DNA of 63,299 nt, the filler included, from Rozella allomycis CSF55 (lineage: Eukaryota): NCBI GenBank assembly GCA_000442015.1. It is 7 parts of 7 records of this genome, joined end to end, with 100 filler letters (N's around TTAATTAATTAA, not from the genome) between each part and the next. Parts side by side here need not be neighbours in the genome. Positions count along the whole stretch, not along the records: positions 1 to 27,358 come from KE561039.1; positions 27,459 to 39,037 come from KE561042.1; 5 more parts are not named here. One strand, written 5' to 3'. The position numbers were made by a program, and so were the translations under genes. Under the pieces are notes generated by a model. The model ran no database searches and had not been told where the DNA came from. It saw only the letters and a program-made list of their open reading frames with translations. Below are positions 25,337 to 37,824 of this stretch, in pieces. Every line of letters starts with the position of its first letter. The first letter of the stretch is position 1.

Positions 25337-26059
25337 ATGAGTTCCCATTTATTACTAGATGAATTTCATTCCCAAATTCATTCTCTAGCAAAATCAATCC
25401 AATGCTCATCTTCAAATGATACAGATCTAATAGACAATATTAAAGGTCTCGTAAGGTTCATAACAAATCTCAACAAAATGGAAATTCAAGTACATTGCGA
25501 TGATCTGAATAGAGCCATGCTATCACTAGAAATGCATGATGCCTTGAAACATCTAATTGAGTTATTAAAAGAAAACGAAAGAGATCTTGTCCTTGTCGAT
25601 GATGCAATTTCACAACTAACAGTAACCACCATGCAATACATTAAACTTTCAGGAAACTGTCCACCTAATTCTCCAGCATCACCAAGCCCGACTCTTAAAG
25701 CGCCAGTCAATGATTGGTCAGATGAAGACAAGTGCTGCTTGCTGATTCTAGAGTCAATTTATGATGACGCCACGTCCAATGCAAGGGAATTATGTCAAGA
25801 TCTTCATTCCAAGGTATCTTTTCTAGCGTTGAAGAAGAATTTGAAAATGGCAATTGACCTGTCTTCTGCACTGGCAATGAAAAGAGGATCCAAGAATGTG
25901 GCTAAATTAGTGCAAAAATTAAGGAATCAATTGTTTGACATTGATCTAAGCTATCGAAGCGTGGATCTTGATGACTGTGCAAGTGTTAGGTACAATGTGA
26001 TTCAATGCGTTTCTGATGCGCTCGATACATTTGGAGAATTATACGCCATGTTTCAATAA
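25337..26059 (+). CDS. Hypothetical alpha-helical protein (240 aa)
   Basis: Intact single-exon ORF filling the intergenic space; no recognised motif. Confidence 0.7.
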   Translation: MSSHLLLDEFHSQIHSLAKSIQCSSSNDTDLIDNIKGLVRFITNLNKMEIQVHCDDLNRAMLSLEMHDALKHLIELLKENERDLVLVDDAISQLTVTTMQYIKLSGNCPPNSPASPSPTLKAPVNDWSDEDKCCLLILESIYDDATSNARELCQDLHSKVSFLALKKNLKMAIDLSSALAMKRGSKNVAKLVQKLRNQLFDIDLSYRSVDLDDCASVRYNVIQCVSDALDTFGELYAMFQ

Positions 26060-26182
26060 AAATGCATTAAACTTCAACTTTTTTAAATGTATTTCTTTTA
26101 TTCTTCCTCATTCAAGTAATGGTACATTCTGTCCTCAGCTATTCTAGTGACTTAGCCACAACAACCCCCTGTTTTTTCCATA

Positions 26183-27263
26183 ATGCGTCCTATTACTTTA
26201 CATGGACATACACGTCCACTAACACAAGTCAAGTACAATAGAGAAGGCGATCTGTTATTTTCAGCGTCAAAAGATTTTGTACCGAATGTTTATTACTCTC
26301 ATAACGGTGAGCGTCTAGGTTCTTTTCACGGTCATCGTGGTGCTGTTCGTTCCATTTCAATTTCATGTAAATAAATCAAAAAAAATTAAGAAAGCGAATT
26401 CAGAAAGATTACTTACAGGTGCTGCTGATAACTTGTCAATAATCTTTCAAGTCGAAACGGGAAAACTATTAGCGAAATTCGAATGTTTAAGTCCGGTTGT
26501 TGCAGTTTCTTTTAGTATGGGGGATAAAGAAGCCTTTGTATTAACAGAAAACGTGATGTCTGAAAATTCTATTCTGCATGTTTTTGATGTAACTAAAGAT
26601 TCGTTTGAGTTGAAATACAAAAAGATTATTGAAACCAATTCAAAGCCTACCAATGCAATTTATGGTTATTTAAATAAAACTATTATCATTACATTCGAAG
26701 ACGGAAGTATTGCATTGTATGATGCAAAGGTATAGCTATTACGTAGTCACTATAAAGACGTTAGAAAAGATTGCTGAAACTAAGGATCATGAAAAAGCAA
26801 TCACTGATATTGAAATGTCCAAGGATTATACTCATTTTATTACGTCTTCTAAAGATGCTACCGCTAGGGTTTACGATCCCAGAAATTTAACGCTAATTAA
26901 GACTCTTCAAGCTGATAGACCACTAAATTCTGTTTCACTTTCAGCTATGAGGCCAGAAGTAAGTTTTATAATCAACAATTATAGGTTATCTTGGGAGGAG
27001 GTCAGGAAGCAAGTGAAGTGACAACTTCTGATGCCAAGGCTGGAAAGTTTGACGTTCTATTCTTTCATAAGATTTATGAAGATGAATTAGGAAAAATTGG
27101 TGGTCATTTTGGTCCCGTGAACACTTTAAGATATCATCCAAACGGCATTGGGTATCATTATTTATTTTGCCAATATAGATTTACTTCTGGTAGTGAAGAC
27201 GGAACAGTAAAAATTCACCACTTCGATCCTGACTATTTTTCATTTGCATATCCTGATCAATAA
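26183..27263 (+). CDS. TIF34: Translation initiation factor eIF3 subunit i (WD40)
   Basis: [53 protein letters not shown]; four GT-AG introns. Confidence 0.95.
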
Positions 27264-27358
27264 AGTAGATAATTAATACTCCTTTCTATTTTTATCATTT
27301 ACACATTTTAATTAATGTTGGACTCTTGCCCCTATATTTGATTATATTGCTTTGTGAT

Positions 27359-27458
27359 NNNNNNNNNNNNNNNNNNNNNNNNNNNNNNNNNNNNNNNNNN
27401 NNTTAATTAATTAANNNNNNNNNNNNNNNNNNNNNNNNNNNNNNNNNNNNNNNNNNNN
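27359..27458. other. Artificial contig spacer (N44-TTAATTAATTAA-N44)
   Basis: The same 100-nt linker with stops in all six frames recurs at 39038-39137, 43979-44078, 48092-48191, 51006-51105 and 57054-57153. Sequence across it is not contiguous. Confidence 0.97.
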
Positions 27459-28042
27459 ATTAACCTTTTCATTTGCGATAAGCAATTTAACTATTTCATC
27501 CCAAACCAAAACGAGAAGCAATCCTTATAGGATAGTTATTGTCAATGGATGGATCAATTCTAGGATCAGCTAGTATCATATCAACTATCTCCCGTAATTT
27601 ATGTTTTAACGCCCACTTAATCACATANCGCAATCCTTATAAGATAGTTATTGTCAATCGATGGATCAATTCTAGGATCAGCTAGTATTATATCAACTAT
27701 CTCCCGTAATTTATGTTTTAACGCCCACTTAATCACATAATTGTTTTTTAAAGTTGGATCGCTTTGTATTAATTCTAACACTTGCATAAACTCCTCCTCA
27801 ATGCAATGATCGTGAAGAATGTGGCATGTTTCCAATGAAAAATTCCAACCAAACTTTTGCTTCAGGTATTGTTGCGTTATATACGCGCTTTTGTAAGATA
27901 AAATAACACTCAAGTCCAGGCAAAATATAGCAAATCGGCAAACAGTTCGAACTTTCTGAGATATTAGACAAATGTTTGTAAGAGACACATCTCCTAAATG
28001 TGATACAATAAGCTTCATAACATCTGCCGTTAGACTCTCCAT
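27459..28042 (-). CDS. F-box plus ankyrin-repeat protein, 5' part (truncated by contig end)
   Basis: MESLTADVMKLIVSHL..L..ISQKVR F-box pattern, then ILADPRIDPSIDNNYLIRIA ankyrin repeats. Confidence 0.7.
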
Positions 28043-28062
28043 CCAAGTTATAAAATCAAGTT

Positions 28063-28200
28063 ACAGAATTTCGAAAATCAAACCAATTGGAAAATAGAAC
28101 ACTAGTATTAAAATAAAAATATTGCGGACCAACAGAATTTCGAAAATCAAATCAATTGGAAAAATAGAACACTAGCATTAAAATAAAAAATATTGCGGAC
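28063..28200. repeat. Tandem duplication of a ~69-nt unit upstream of the F-box/ankyrin gene
   Basis: ACAGAATTTCGAAAATCAAA..ATTGCGGAC at 28063 and 28132. Confidence 0.9.
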
Positions 28201-28919
28201 TGGATAAAGACAAAGAAAAGAATTTATCGGACCGGGAGTATAGACCTGGACTCCAGAAACGATTATGGGCATATTGAGTAAATACCATTTTCACCTTGAA
28301 TACACACAAACTCTAAGGGATTCACGACATTGACCAATGACCAGGCTTGTCGAGGTGTATGTAACCTTTTTTTGCTCCCGATTCTCCACAAACGTTGTCT
28401 TTGAACTCAGAAAATCCAATATACTGTCAAGTCATAACTATTTATCATATATTTTTTATATATAATCTTCTAAATTAGGGTAAACATATATTTGTTTGTG
28501 GCATTGCCTTAAGAAACCTCCGTCGTTAAGTCCCGTTACACAAATCCACTTTTCACCAAATAAAGTCCAGGATGTCCCCCTGTTTACAACGTACTTCTAT
28601 TTAACATATTTGAATACGTCATTTTGATGTCAAAGACTACCACTAACACTAAAGTAAGCTCCAAGTCTACCGCATTTCTTACTGTTGAGGACAAGGTTTA
28701 GGGAGTACGCTATAAAACTAAAGATACCTATCTTTACAGGTGATCCCGGAAAGGACCTTTTTGTCTGGAAAAAGGAGGTTCCACACGCAGCTAAGTTCTG
28801 CTCTTGGAACAATGTCGTCGTAATTTCTATGATGCGTGTCCGCACACGCGGCCGACATCCCTTCTGCAACTGATGCGCTAAATTTCCACGATCAACTTAA
28901 AGCTGTCTTTCACCCGCCA

Positions 28920-31900
28920 TCNTTAATCCATGCCGTCAATATAGGTAAAAGGCTGCTAAGTTCCGATCCCAGATGGCAGCTTAATGTTGGATTTATAGTT
29001 TTTTGTCCCAGACATATTGGATAAAAAGCAATTGTCTTATCACAAATCACGACGTTACGGCAAGCAGAATCCATTAGGAAAATCATATAATATGCTGACC
29101 TAAGGTGTCGATTTATCTTACGACGCATCTACTACTTATCTTGTTCCAAAGTCTTTAAGATTGAGTGCAAATTAAAAACTAAATGAATTTAAAAATCTGC
29201 AGGCAATATGTGTTGATATGGGCTCTCCTACGCTATTTATCACATTAACATCTAACGCATGTGGCTGGCCAGAAATAAAGCAATATATAAGTGTGTTAAA
29301 TGGAGGTTATATAATTTTGGTTATCTGTAAAGATTACGACTATACAAAAATGAATCCATATAGTTTCCCTGCAGTCATCGCAAGAGTGTTTGACAGACGC
29401 CTGTCCTACCTTAAGGAAACATATTTAAATAAGGTATTGGGGAAACAATGTAATGGTATTGTATGGCACTATACCTCAATTGAAGCGTCGAAAACTGGTC
29501 GTCTGCATGCACATATGCTGATAAAGACAAATGACAGCATTGAAACGTTAATACATAAAGGTAACAATTAATTATGGCGGCCATAGATTAAATTCAAAGT
29601 ACATTACCGTCTCATAATGAACCTATGCTACGCTTACTTGTAGAAAGACATCAGCTTCACATCTGGACGGACTATTGTAGTCCAGACAATAACAAATGCC
29701 GGTTCAATTTGCCACGCCCACTTTGCAAGGAAACCCAATACAGAATCGCAGACAATATGGTTGTTTACAAAACTATTACAGAGCAAGACAAACGTTGTGT
29801 TCCATACATAAAGTAATTGACCTTGTTTTGGGAGGGTATGTATGATGATAGTTATATATAGGAAATATATGTGTAGAATATATTCCCCCAATAGTGATGT
29901 ATTAAAATACATCACAAAATACACAACAAAGCCTATGGATGGCTTTGTGAAGATTGATAATCAATTATCATCGGACACAANGACGCAGACAATATGGTAG
30001 TTTACCAAACTGTTACAGAGCAAGACAAACGTTGTGGTGCTTACATAAAGGAATGGACCTTGTTTTGGGAGGGTATGTATGATGATAGTTATATATAGGA
30101 AATATNTAACCGATACATTACAAAGACTTAACAAGCGTGACAAAATCAAAACATTGATCAACCCAACAATGCGTCCTTAAAAACCTCATTCAATCTAGTT
30201 GTGCACCGAACGTCGGACAGAGCGGGTAAGTCTCAATGTGTTTATCAATGTTTTACCACTTCATGTCATACGCGAAATCGTCTTCAAGGCTCCTCATAAT
30301 TTCCATGATGTTGTCGCAATCGCAGGACACCTGCGAAGTTTTTGAATTGCTGATGACATTATTGTCGTGAGCGAAAATCCCGAGGAACATTTGATGCATT
30401 TACAGTTGGTATTTCCNCACAATAAAACATTATTTGGAGGGGAAAATCATTCCGTCTACATTGGCCGCGTATATGATTTTAGGTAACGACTTAATTATCA
30501 TATTACAAAGGTCACCAGCTTGTCCGGTCATCCCATAAAACAGTATTTTTGCCATCAGGCATTCCTGACGCTATGGACCTTATGCTAAAAAGCCCATCAA
30601 TGCTGTATTCTGCTAACGAAGANTTGACAACAACGAGCACAATTTCAAAAATGACATCAGAAACTTTTCTTTAGACCTTATAAGAAAATACCTTCTTCGT
30701 AATACCTCATTGCTGCCCCTAACTTTACCAGAATTTTATCGCCCTTATANGTAGTATAGCAAAACGTTTAATAAACAAAGTGCACGTTTTGAGAACATAT
30801 TGGTTGTCACCATTGCAAGGAGAAAATTATTATTGTCAACAACTTATGTGGAAANACTTGTCGCCTTCGTTTTGATAACGACGGCTCTTAATTTCATAAT
30901 TATTTTTTTGTGTTTAAAGCATTCAAGAATATCACCGAACATATTGCGGCGTATTAGCCTACAACTTTTGATATCTTTTCTCTCTTATTGTTAGCGCAGC
31001 GATCCTTAGACAACTACACTTTTGGCATGATTATAATTTCAGTTGCACGTGGGAGAGTAGACGTCAGCATATACCGCAAAAATGTAGCAACACTATGTCT
31101 CAAAAAGGCCAGCCTTTCAACGCATTAAACAAATCATCCAAAACTAGTGTTTTATGTGACAATTACTTTTCATCCTGTTCATTCCAAATCTCTGTGGCTT
31201 CAAAAAGGACAAAAATTGGCTTCTCTGAGACACAAGCTATACAGTCTGGATTTGGTTTGATCTGACCCTATTTTCTATATGAAGCCCTTTTTGGGTTTAA
31301 TATTCATCATGTCTAAATCAAAGATAAAAATGCTTTATGTGGCAAAAAACTTGAGTAAGCATTGTCTGCCCATAGTGAAACTTTAGCCCTATCAATAACG
31401 TTACTGTAGATCATAGTGTATCACACAGTAACTCACTGGCACGTTAAAAACTTACCCTTTTTTGGAGACAAGGAGGCATGCAGAAAGTAAATTCCCGAGN
31501 CTTTTTTCTTTATTTTTTACATCCAAACAAAATTATGGCCTGGAAATAGTATTCTATACATGTGAATTATAATGTCATCTTTTGAACGCAAGGTTAGAAC
31601 TCCAAATTGCAGTCAAGGACACAAATATCATTTCGGGATCTACATTTNACATTGACGATAACGAGATATATTGGCAGGAACTCGCTGATCTTCTGGGCAT
31701 CTCATGCTTAATACTCAATTTGACTAATAAAAAGAGATTAGATACAATGACTTTAAGACATACTTATATCTTTATTTTTTACATCGAGACAAAATTATGC
31801 CCTGGAAATAATAATCTTTACATGCAAATTATAATGTCATATTTTGGCCGCAAGGTTAGTTTGCTAAAATTCATATTGCAGTCAAGGACACAAATATCAT

Positions 31901-32906
31901 TTTGGGATCTACATCTAGACAACGCCACAAGTAGCTGACCCGGTTCAAACAAATTAACTAGATATAAATTTACTTTTGGTAGATTTAGACCCATTGATTT
32001 ATGGATTGTCATGAATGTGCAAACCATAATTGGAAATTGAATTCTATAATGACCTGAATAAGAGACGGTTTTCATTAGTCTTGTAACGTTTACTTTCCCT
32101 AAACCAGGAACAATAATTTGAATGAGATCTTTGTTTAAGGTCGCCACGTAACCAAATATCCCATTGGGGATTGTATGAATCGACATTTACTGTAAACATA
32201 ACCTGTATCCCGATAGTCAATTTAAGGCAATTTGGGAGTTGAGTGGCGCTTTGAAGCCAGTAAATATTGGACTGAGATCGTATATTATTCGGTTAGTAGC
32301 CCAATGCAAAGTAAATATCTGATACGCTGTGCCCCTTTTGACTTTGAATATATTTGTCATTTTCTGACACCACTGTTCTTTTCAAAGACGTAAGAGTAGG
32401 GGCATTTTTAAACTTTTCGTGTTGGCACAATATCTGTAGGGCGTCCACAAGTTTATGGTCAATAGATGCTCTAAACAGGTTGTCATGTATCAAAGAGTAA
32501 AAATGGGCGTCGTTCAAACCACGAAAGCATTTTGTTAAAAGATACGTTTTATATTTCAGAATTAATTGCTTANCGTAGTATTGCAAAACGTTAAATAAAC
32601 AAAGTGCACGTTTTGAGCACATATTGGTTGTCACCATGGCAAGGAGAAAATTATTATTGTCAACAACTTATGTGGAAAAAACCGTGTTCTATTGACTCAA
32701 TATATGAATGTGCAAGATCAGCTTACAAATTTGGGGAGGCAACATTCAAGGAGGCATGCAGGAAGTATATTCCCGAGGCAATAAACAACGAGATATACAA
32801 CGGTGCTTACGTCATTGACGATAACGAGATATATTGGCAAGAACTCGCTGATCTTCTGGGCATCTCACTACAAGACGCTAAAATGCTTAATACTCAATTT
32901 GACTAA
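28920..32906 (+). pseudogene. Helitron Rep (HUH/Y2 endonuclease) gene, fragmented, intron-containing, ending without a fused helicase
   Basis: RLLSSDPRW (~28950); motif 1 MGSPTLFITLTSN..WPEI (29218); motif 2 EASKTGRLHAHML (~29480); HQLH..C..CRFNLPRP; motif 3 LKYITKYTTKP (~29900); IKHYLEGKII..AAYMILG (~30420); GENYYCQQL..TFKEAC..DDNE then stop at 32906. Confidence 0.85.
31779..32572 (-). pseudogene. Second, partial copy of the Pif1-family helicase
   Basis: Near-identical to 32958-33900 (QFPIMVCTFMTIHKSMGL, GQLLVALSR) with indels. Confidence 0.85.
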
Positions 32907-32957
32907 TAAATAGAGATTAGACACAATGAATTTAAGACATACTTTTTTCTTTATTTT

Positions 32958-34739
32958 TTACATCCAAACAAAATTATGCCCTGGAAACAGTATTCTATAC
33001 ATGTGAATTATAATGTCATCTTTTGGGCGCAAGGTTAGTTTGCCAAACTCCAAATTGCAGTCAAGGACACAAATATCATTTCGGGATCTACATCTAGACA
33101 ACGCCACTAGTAGCTGACCCGGTTCAAACAAATTAACTAGATATAAATTTACTTTTGGTAGATTTAGACCCATTGATTTATGGATTGTCATGAATGTGCA
33201 AACCATAATTGGAAATTGAATTCTATAATGACCTGAATGAGAGACGGTTTTCATTAGTCTTGTAACGTTTACTTTTCCTAAACCAGGAACAATGATTTGA
33301 ATTAGATCTTTGTTTAAGGTCACCACATAACCAAATATCCCATTGCGAATTGTATGATCGACATTTACTGTAAACATAACTTGTATCCCGATAGTCAATT
33401 TAAGGCAGTTTGGGAGTTGAGTAGCGGTTTGAGGCCAGTAAATATTGGACTGAGATTGTATACCATTCGGTAAGTAGTCCATTGCAAAGTAAATGTCTGA
33501 TACGATGTGCCCCCTTCGATTTTGAATATACTTGTCGTTTTCGGCCTCTACTGTTTTTTTCAAAGACGTAAGAGTAGGAGCATTTTTNATTGTATACCAT
33601 TTGGTAAGTAGTCCATTGCAAAGTAAATATCTGATACGATGTGTCCCATTCGATTTTGAATATACTTGTCATTTTCGGCCTCTACTGTTTTTTTCAAAGA
33701 CGTAAGAGTAGGAGCATTTTTAAACTTTTCGTGTTGGCACAATGTCTGTAGGGCGACCACTAGTCTATGGTCAATAGAAGCTCTAAACAGGTTGTCTTGT
33801 AACAAAGAGTAAAAATGGGCGTCATTCAAACCACGAAAGCATTTTGTTAAAAGATACGATTTAGATTGCAGAATCAATTGCTTATTGTACATTAGACATT
33901 TACCGTTGCCACTTGGGGGTCCCAGCTGACGAAAATCTCCCACCATTACTAATGGATAGCCACCAAAATATGAGGTCTTTATATCGCTTAAATCATTTAG
34001 TTTGGTATCTATACAATAAAACAATTCATAAGATAATGTTAACACCTCATCAATAATGATTACACCCTTCGTGTCGCTTCCAATACAAGGCAAGTCGTCT
34101 AAGCAGCGTAGGTTTGATATGTGTATGTCTAAGTCTCCGTATTTTCCTTGTGACATTACCCTGAATGCTTGNTTCATGTCGTTTCCAATACAAGGCAAGT
34201 CGTCTACGCTGCGTAAGTTTAAAATATGTATGTCTAAGTCTCCGTATTTTCCTTGTGACATTACCCTGAATGCTTGGTGGATTGTGTAATTACCAGCGTG
34301 ACTACCGAATGACGCATTTATAGCGGCTACACCAATTGTACTACAAACCAGATATCTCCTATTAATAGCATTAAGGGATTTGCACAGATGCCTTACCAGG
34401 TTTTGTTTTTCCCGTGCCAGGCCCTCCAAGAATAAGAAAAGTTTTTTGGTGGCTATGCAATATTTCATCAATAATATAATTGTACTCATACGTGTCCATG
34501 CTTTTGTGTTTAGAAGTAAATATGGTCCTNATAATATTAAGGGATTTGCACAGATGCCTTACCAGGTATGTTTTCCAGTGCCAGGCCCCCAAGAATAAGG
34601 AAGGTTTTTTGGTGGCCATGCAATATTTCATGTAGCATTAAGGGAATTGCACAGATGCCAGGCCCCCAAGAATAAGGAAGGTTTTTTGGTGGCTATGCAG
34701 TATTTCATTAGTAATATATTTGTGCTCATACGAGTCCAT
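32958..34739 (-). CDS. Stand-alone Pif1-family SF1B helicase (reconstructed across N-junction duplications)
   Basis: GGPGTGKT, STIGVAA, TIHQAF, IIIDEV, FGG..VMVGDFRQLGP, LTKCFR, L.IG.QVMFTVN..NG, QFP..TIHKSMG, GQLLVALSR. Confidence 0.88.
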
Positions 34740-34817
34740 ACTTTTGTGTTTAGAAGACAATATGGTCCTAATGGTAACTAAAAACAAAACGTGGTCTTTA
34801 TTGACTTATTAGTATAG

Positions 34818-35287
34818 TTAAACGTCGTCCAACCAAGCCGGAGCATCTCGAATTGTAATTTGTGGAATGTCTGCCTTTCTTAAGTAGATATGTTTCGGCG
34901 TAACAGAAAAGTACTTTTCTCCGCTAACTCTTAATTCTCCAGCAGTAACAATTGTGTCACCCTCGTCACATTTATCATAAAAATGACTGGTTAAATCACT
35001 TATAACCACACTTATTCGCAATTTTTGGTCTGGGGTAGGAACAACTAATTCTAATGATCTAATCTCCCAATTTCCCGAGTACTCGCGTTTTTTATTAGGC
35101 GAATTATTAAGTATACTTGGNTAATAACTTTTTTTTGTTGTAGCGTCCCTATTATGCGAATATTCGCTCCAAAGATAAGTAATTTACCTCTTATTTCTGG
35201 AGAGCAATATACATCAGCATCATTTACCACTGCGTCTTTCTGTTTAAAAGCGTCTTTAATGTTAACAACTATATAACAGTTAGGCAA
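34818..35287 (-). CDS. Putative OB-fold ssDNA-binding protein directly upstream of the helicase
   Basis: RISVVI..FYDKCDEGDTIVTAGELRV..FSVTPKHIYL resembles the SSB/RPA OB-fold strand pattern; the upstream exon has a similar IFGANIRIIGTLQ. Pattern-level only. Confidence 0.45.
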
Positions 35288-36639
35288 GTTTTACCTGACG
35301 TACTTGTTTGTCCCTCCATAGTGTCCTTGTCCCTTTCTTTAGTTTTTTTCTCTTTGAGGATGTCCATGGGTCACACAAAATCAAACTGCCGTAAATATTA
35401 AGTNCTTTTTTCTCTTTGTGGTTATCCATAGGTTACACAGAATCAAACCGCGGTATATATAAGGTGAAACACGGGGTTGTTTCACCTAATTACTACCAGT
35501 TTGTGCTTAAAATAGCACTGCCTCTATAAATAGTTTAGCACTAATTTGATTGGTAGTCCCGTCTTTTGTGCGTACTGCAGGCAGGACTCTACGCGTGAGT
35601 CTCAGGCAGGCAAATGATCACATAACCTGAACACGTTGATTTGTCGGCATTAGACACCGGTTTTTACTAATCTTTAAAAATGTTTATAATAAGATATATA
35701 TTATTTTATATGATCAAGATGTTAGAAATTGCCGATTGCAAGTTTAAATAGGCGATTGCTCAGATCACAAACCCATAACACTACTTTCAAGAATATGGAT
35801 TGCTATAAGATATGTTATGGTGTCCTTTAATATAAGCGGTGTGTATGGTCTCAGGGCAAAGCTCTGTTTTTGTTAAAATGGATATGGTATGTCGATCCGT
35901 CCGGGACGGATCATCATATCAATATGGGTATCCATCCGGGCCAGATCATTACTTTAGCATGGGTATCCGTCCAGGCCGGATGTCATTTTACCATCACTCA
36001 ATGTTTGACTTTGACATTTGATCATCTGATTAGCGATGGCAGGTGGTGTCAAATAGGCATATATACCGTACTATCTTTGATGATTAATATAAATGAATAA
36101 CGAGGAACGAATTATATACGATCCATTGACGCGCTTAGAGTAATATTACCACTATATATTAATTAAGGATGCCGATAGATATGCATTCAACCATCCCGAC
36201 AGGCACGAGCTAATGCCGGCATTAGGTCCTCAAATCGGTCACTTTGCACAAAGATATAACATCGTACCTGTTGTCAACAAGCGCGACGAGAGCCGTCAGA
36301 CAGGGATAACAAGTTGGTTAGGTATATCCAAAGATCTTTAGATAATCATATTATGAACACCCCCAACAATTATGTGGCTGTAAATATTTTGAGTAATCTT
36401 AATAAGACAATTATTGCCACCTCCATAGACCAGTCAGTCTTGGACTTTATGGAGGTGTCACAGGGGGCTGTTGTTGAGAACTTNGAAATTATTTATTATA
36501 CTATTAACAACATGTCATATCAATATCTAGCAGTAAAAATGTCGCTAGTAGGTTTAAATGTTAAGCAGATACCCACGCGTACTACACGCANTTTTGCGGA
36601 CCACGATGACAAGCCTAGTAATGTTGACCATTTACCAAA

Positions 36640-36990
36640 ATATAGTGCTAGAGACAAGCCTTGTGGTGATCCCTGGGACCGGCCATTGTTTTTTCATTCC
36701 GTTGCATATCACGTTTTTGCTGATATGTACCAGCATCTGGAAGTACGTCAACAGGCTTTAAACGCTCTGATCTTCATCCGGAGTGACCCAACTTGCGTAA
36801 AAATGCTGTAATTATTAGATAGGCCTCGTATTTTAGTCATGACCTAGAACACAGATTGTACAACTCACAAATGGCAGCCGAGTCCGTCTCACGTCCGTTT
36901 TGGGCCGACGGATGTTAAGTGGTACATTTAATAGCTTACGCCTACAATTGTCCCGTATGCATTATTGAAGACTTAACCTCGGTCATCTAT
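36640..36990 (+). pseudogene. OTU-family cysteine protease (deubiquitinase) remnant
   Basis: VIPGTGHCFF, then a frameshift in a T-run, then HSVAYHVF..HLEVRQQAL; later WADG..LIAYAYNCPVCII. This fits the OTU Cys-box and variable-loop pattern. Confidence 0.7.
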
Positions 36991-37824
36991 GTACCGTATG
37001 CAACGTGTTTGAGAACAACTTTTACGAGATCAGGTAAACATTTAACACATTTATAAAAGACATTGCAATTGTACTTAACNTAACGAGCGCCACTGTTTGC
37101 CAGCGAGTCTTACCTACACATTTTAATATTACGGCAAATATGTCATAAATAAATTATTATTAATCAAATAGTATTAGTTTTGGCGTGGCGTATCAAAAAT
37201 ATATTTTCAACCTCCTAAATTACATTGCACACATCATAGGATATTCTTTACACCCAACTTCGTATAACCACATACAAGGCGGCGACGATATTAATTGAAT
37301 ATGGCAAACTATCTTTAAAATATATTTCTAACGGTTATCTGAATATAGTATAATCTAAGCCACAAATCATGGAAACGATTAATTCGTATTGTAAGCTGAA
37401 AACAACTAACCGAATGCTAAAGGTCCCAGTCTTTTGTTATTNCATGTCCTTAGTAGGTTAAAATGTTAAGCAGATACCCACGCGTACTACACGCAGTACT
37501 TCCCGCTTGACTCTCACGTAGGCGAATGATCACATAAACGAGCGCCACTGTTTGGCAGCGAGTCTAACCTACACATTTTTAATATTAGGGCAAATATGTC
37601 ATAAATAAATATTTATTAATCAAATAGTATTAGTTTTGGCGTGGCGTATCAAAAATATATTTTCAACCTCCTAAATTACATTGCACACATCATAGGATAG
37701 GCATCACACCCAGCTTCGTATAACCACATACAAGGCGGCGACGATATTAATTAAATATGGCAAACTATCTTTAAAATATATTTCTAACAGTTATCTGAAT
37801 ATAGTATAATCTAAGCCTCAAATC

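Noticed and set aside
30180-31500. Short RT-like (ADDIIVVSENPEEHLMHLQLVF) and other fragments inside the Rep region
   Set aside because: Small N-bounded pieces from other repeats; they cannot be shown to belong to the element.
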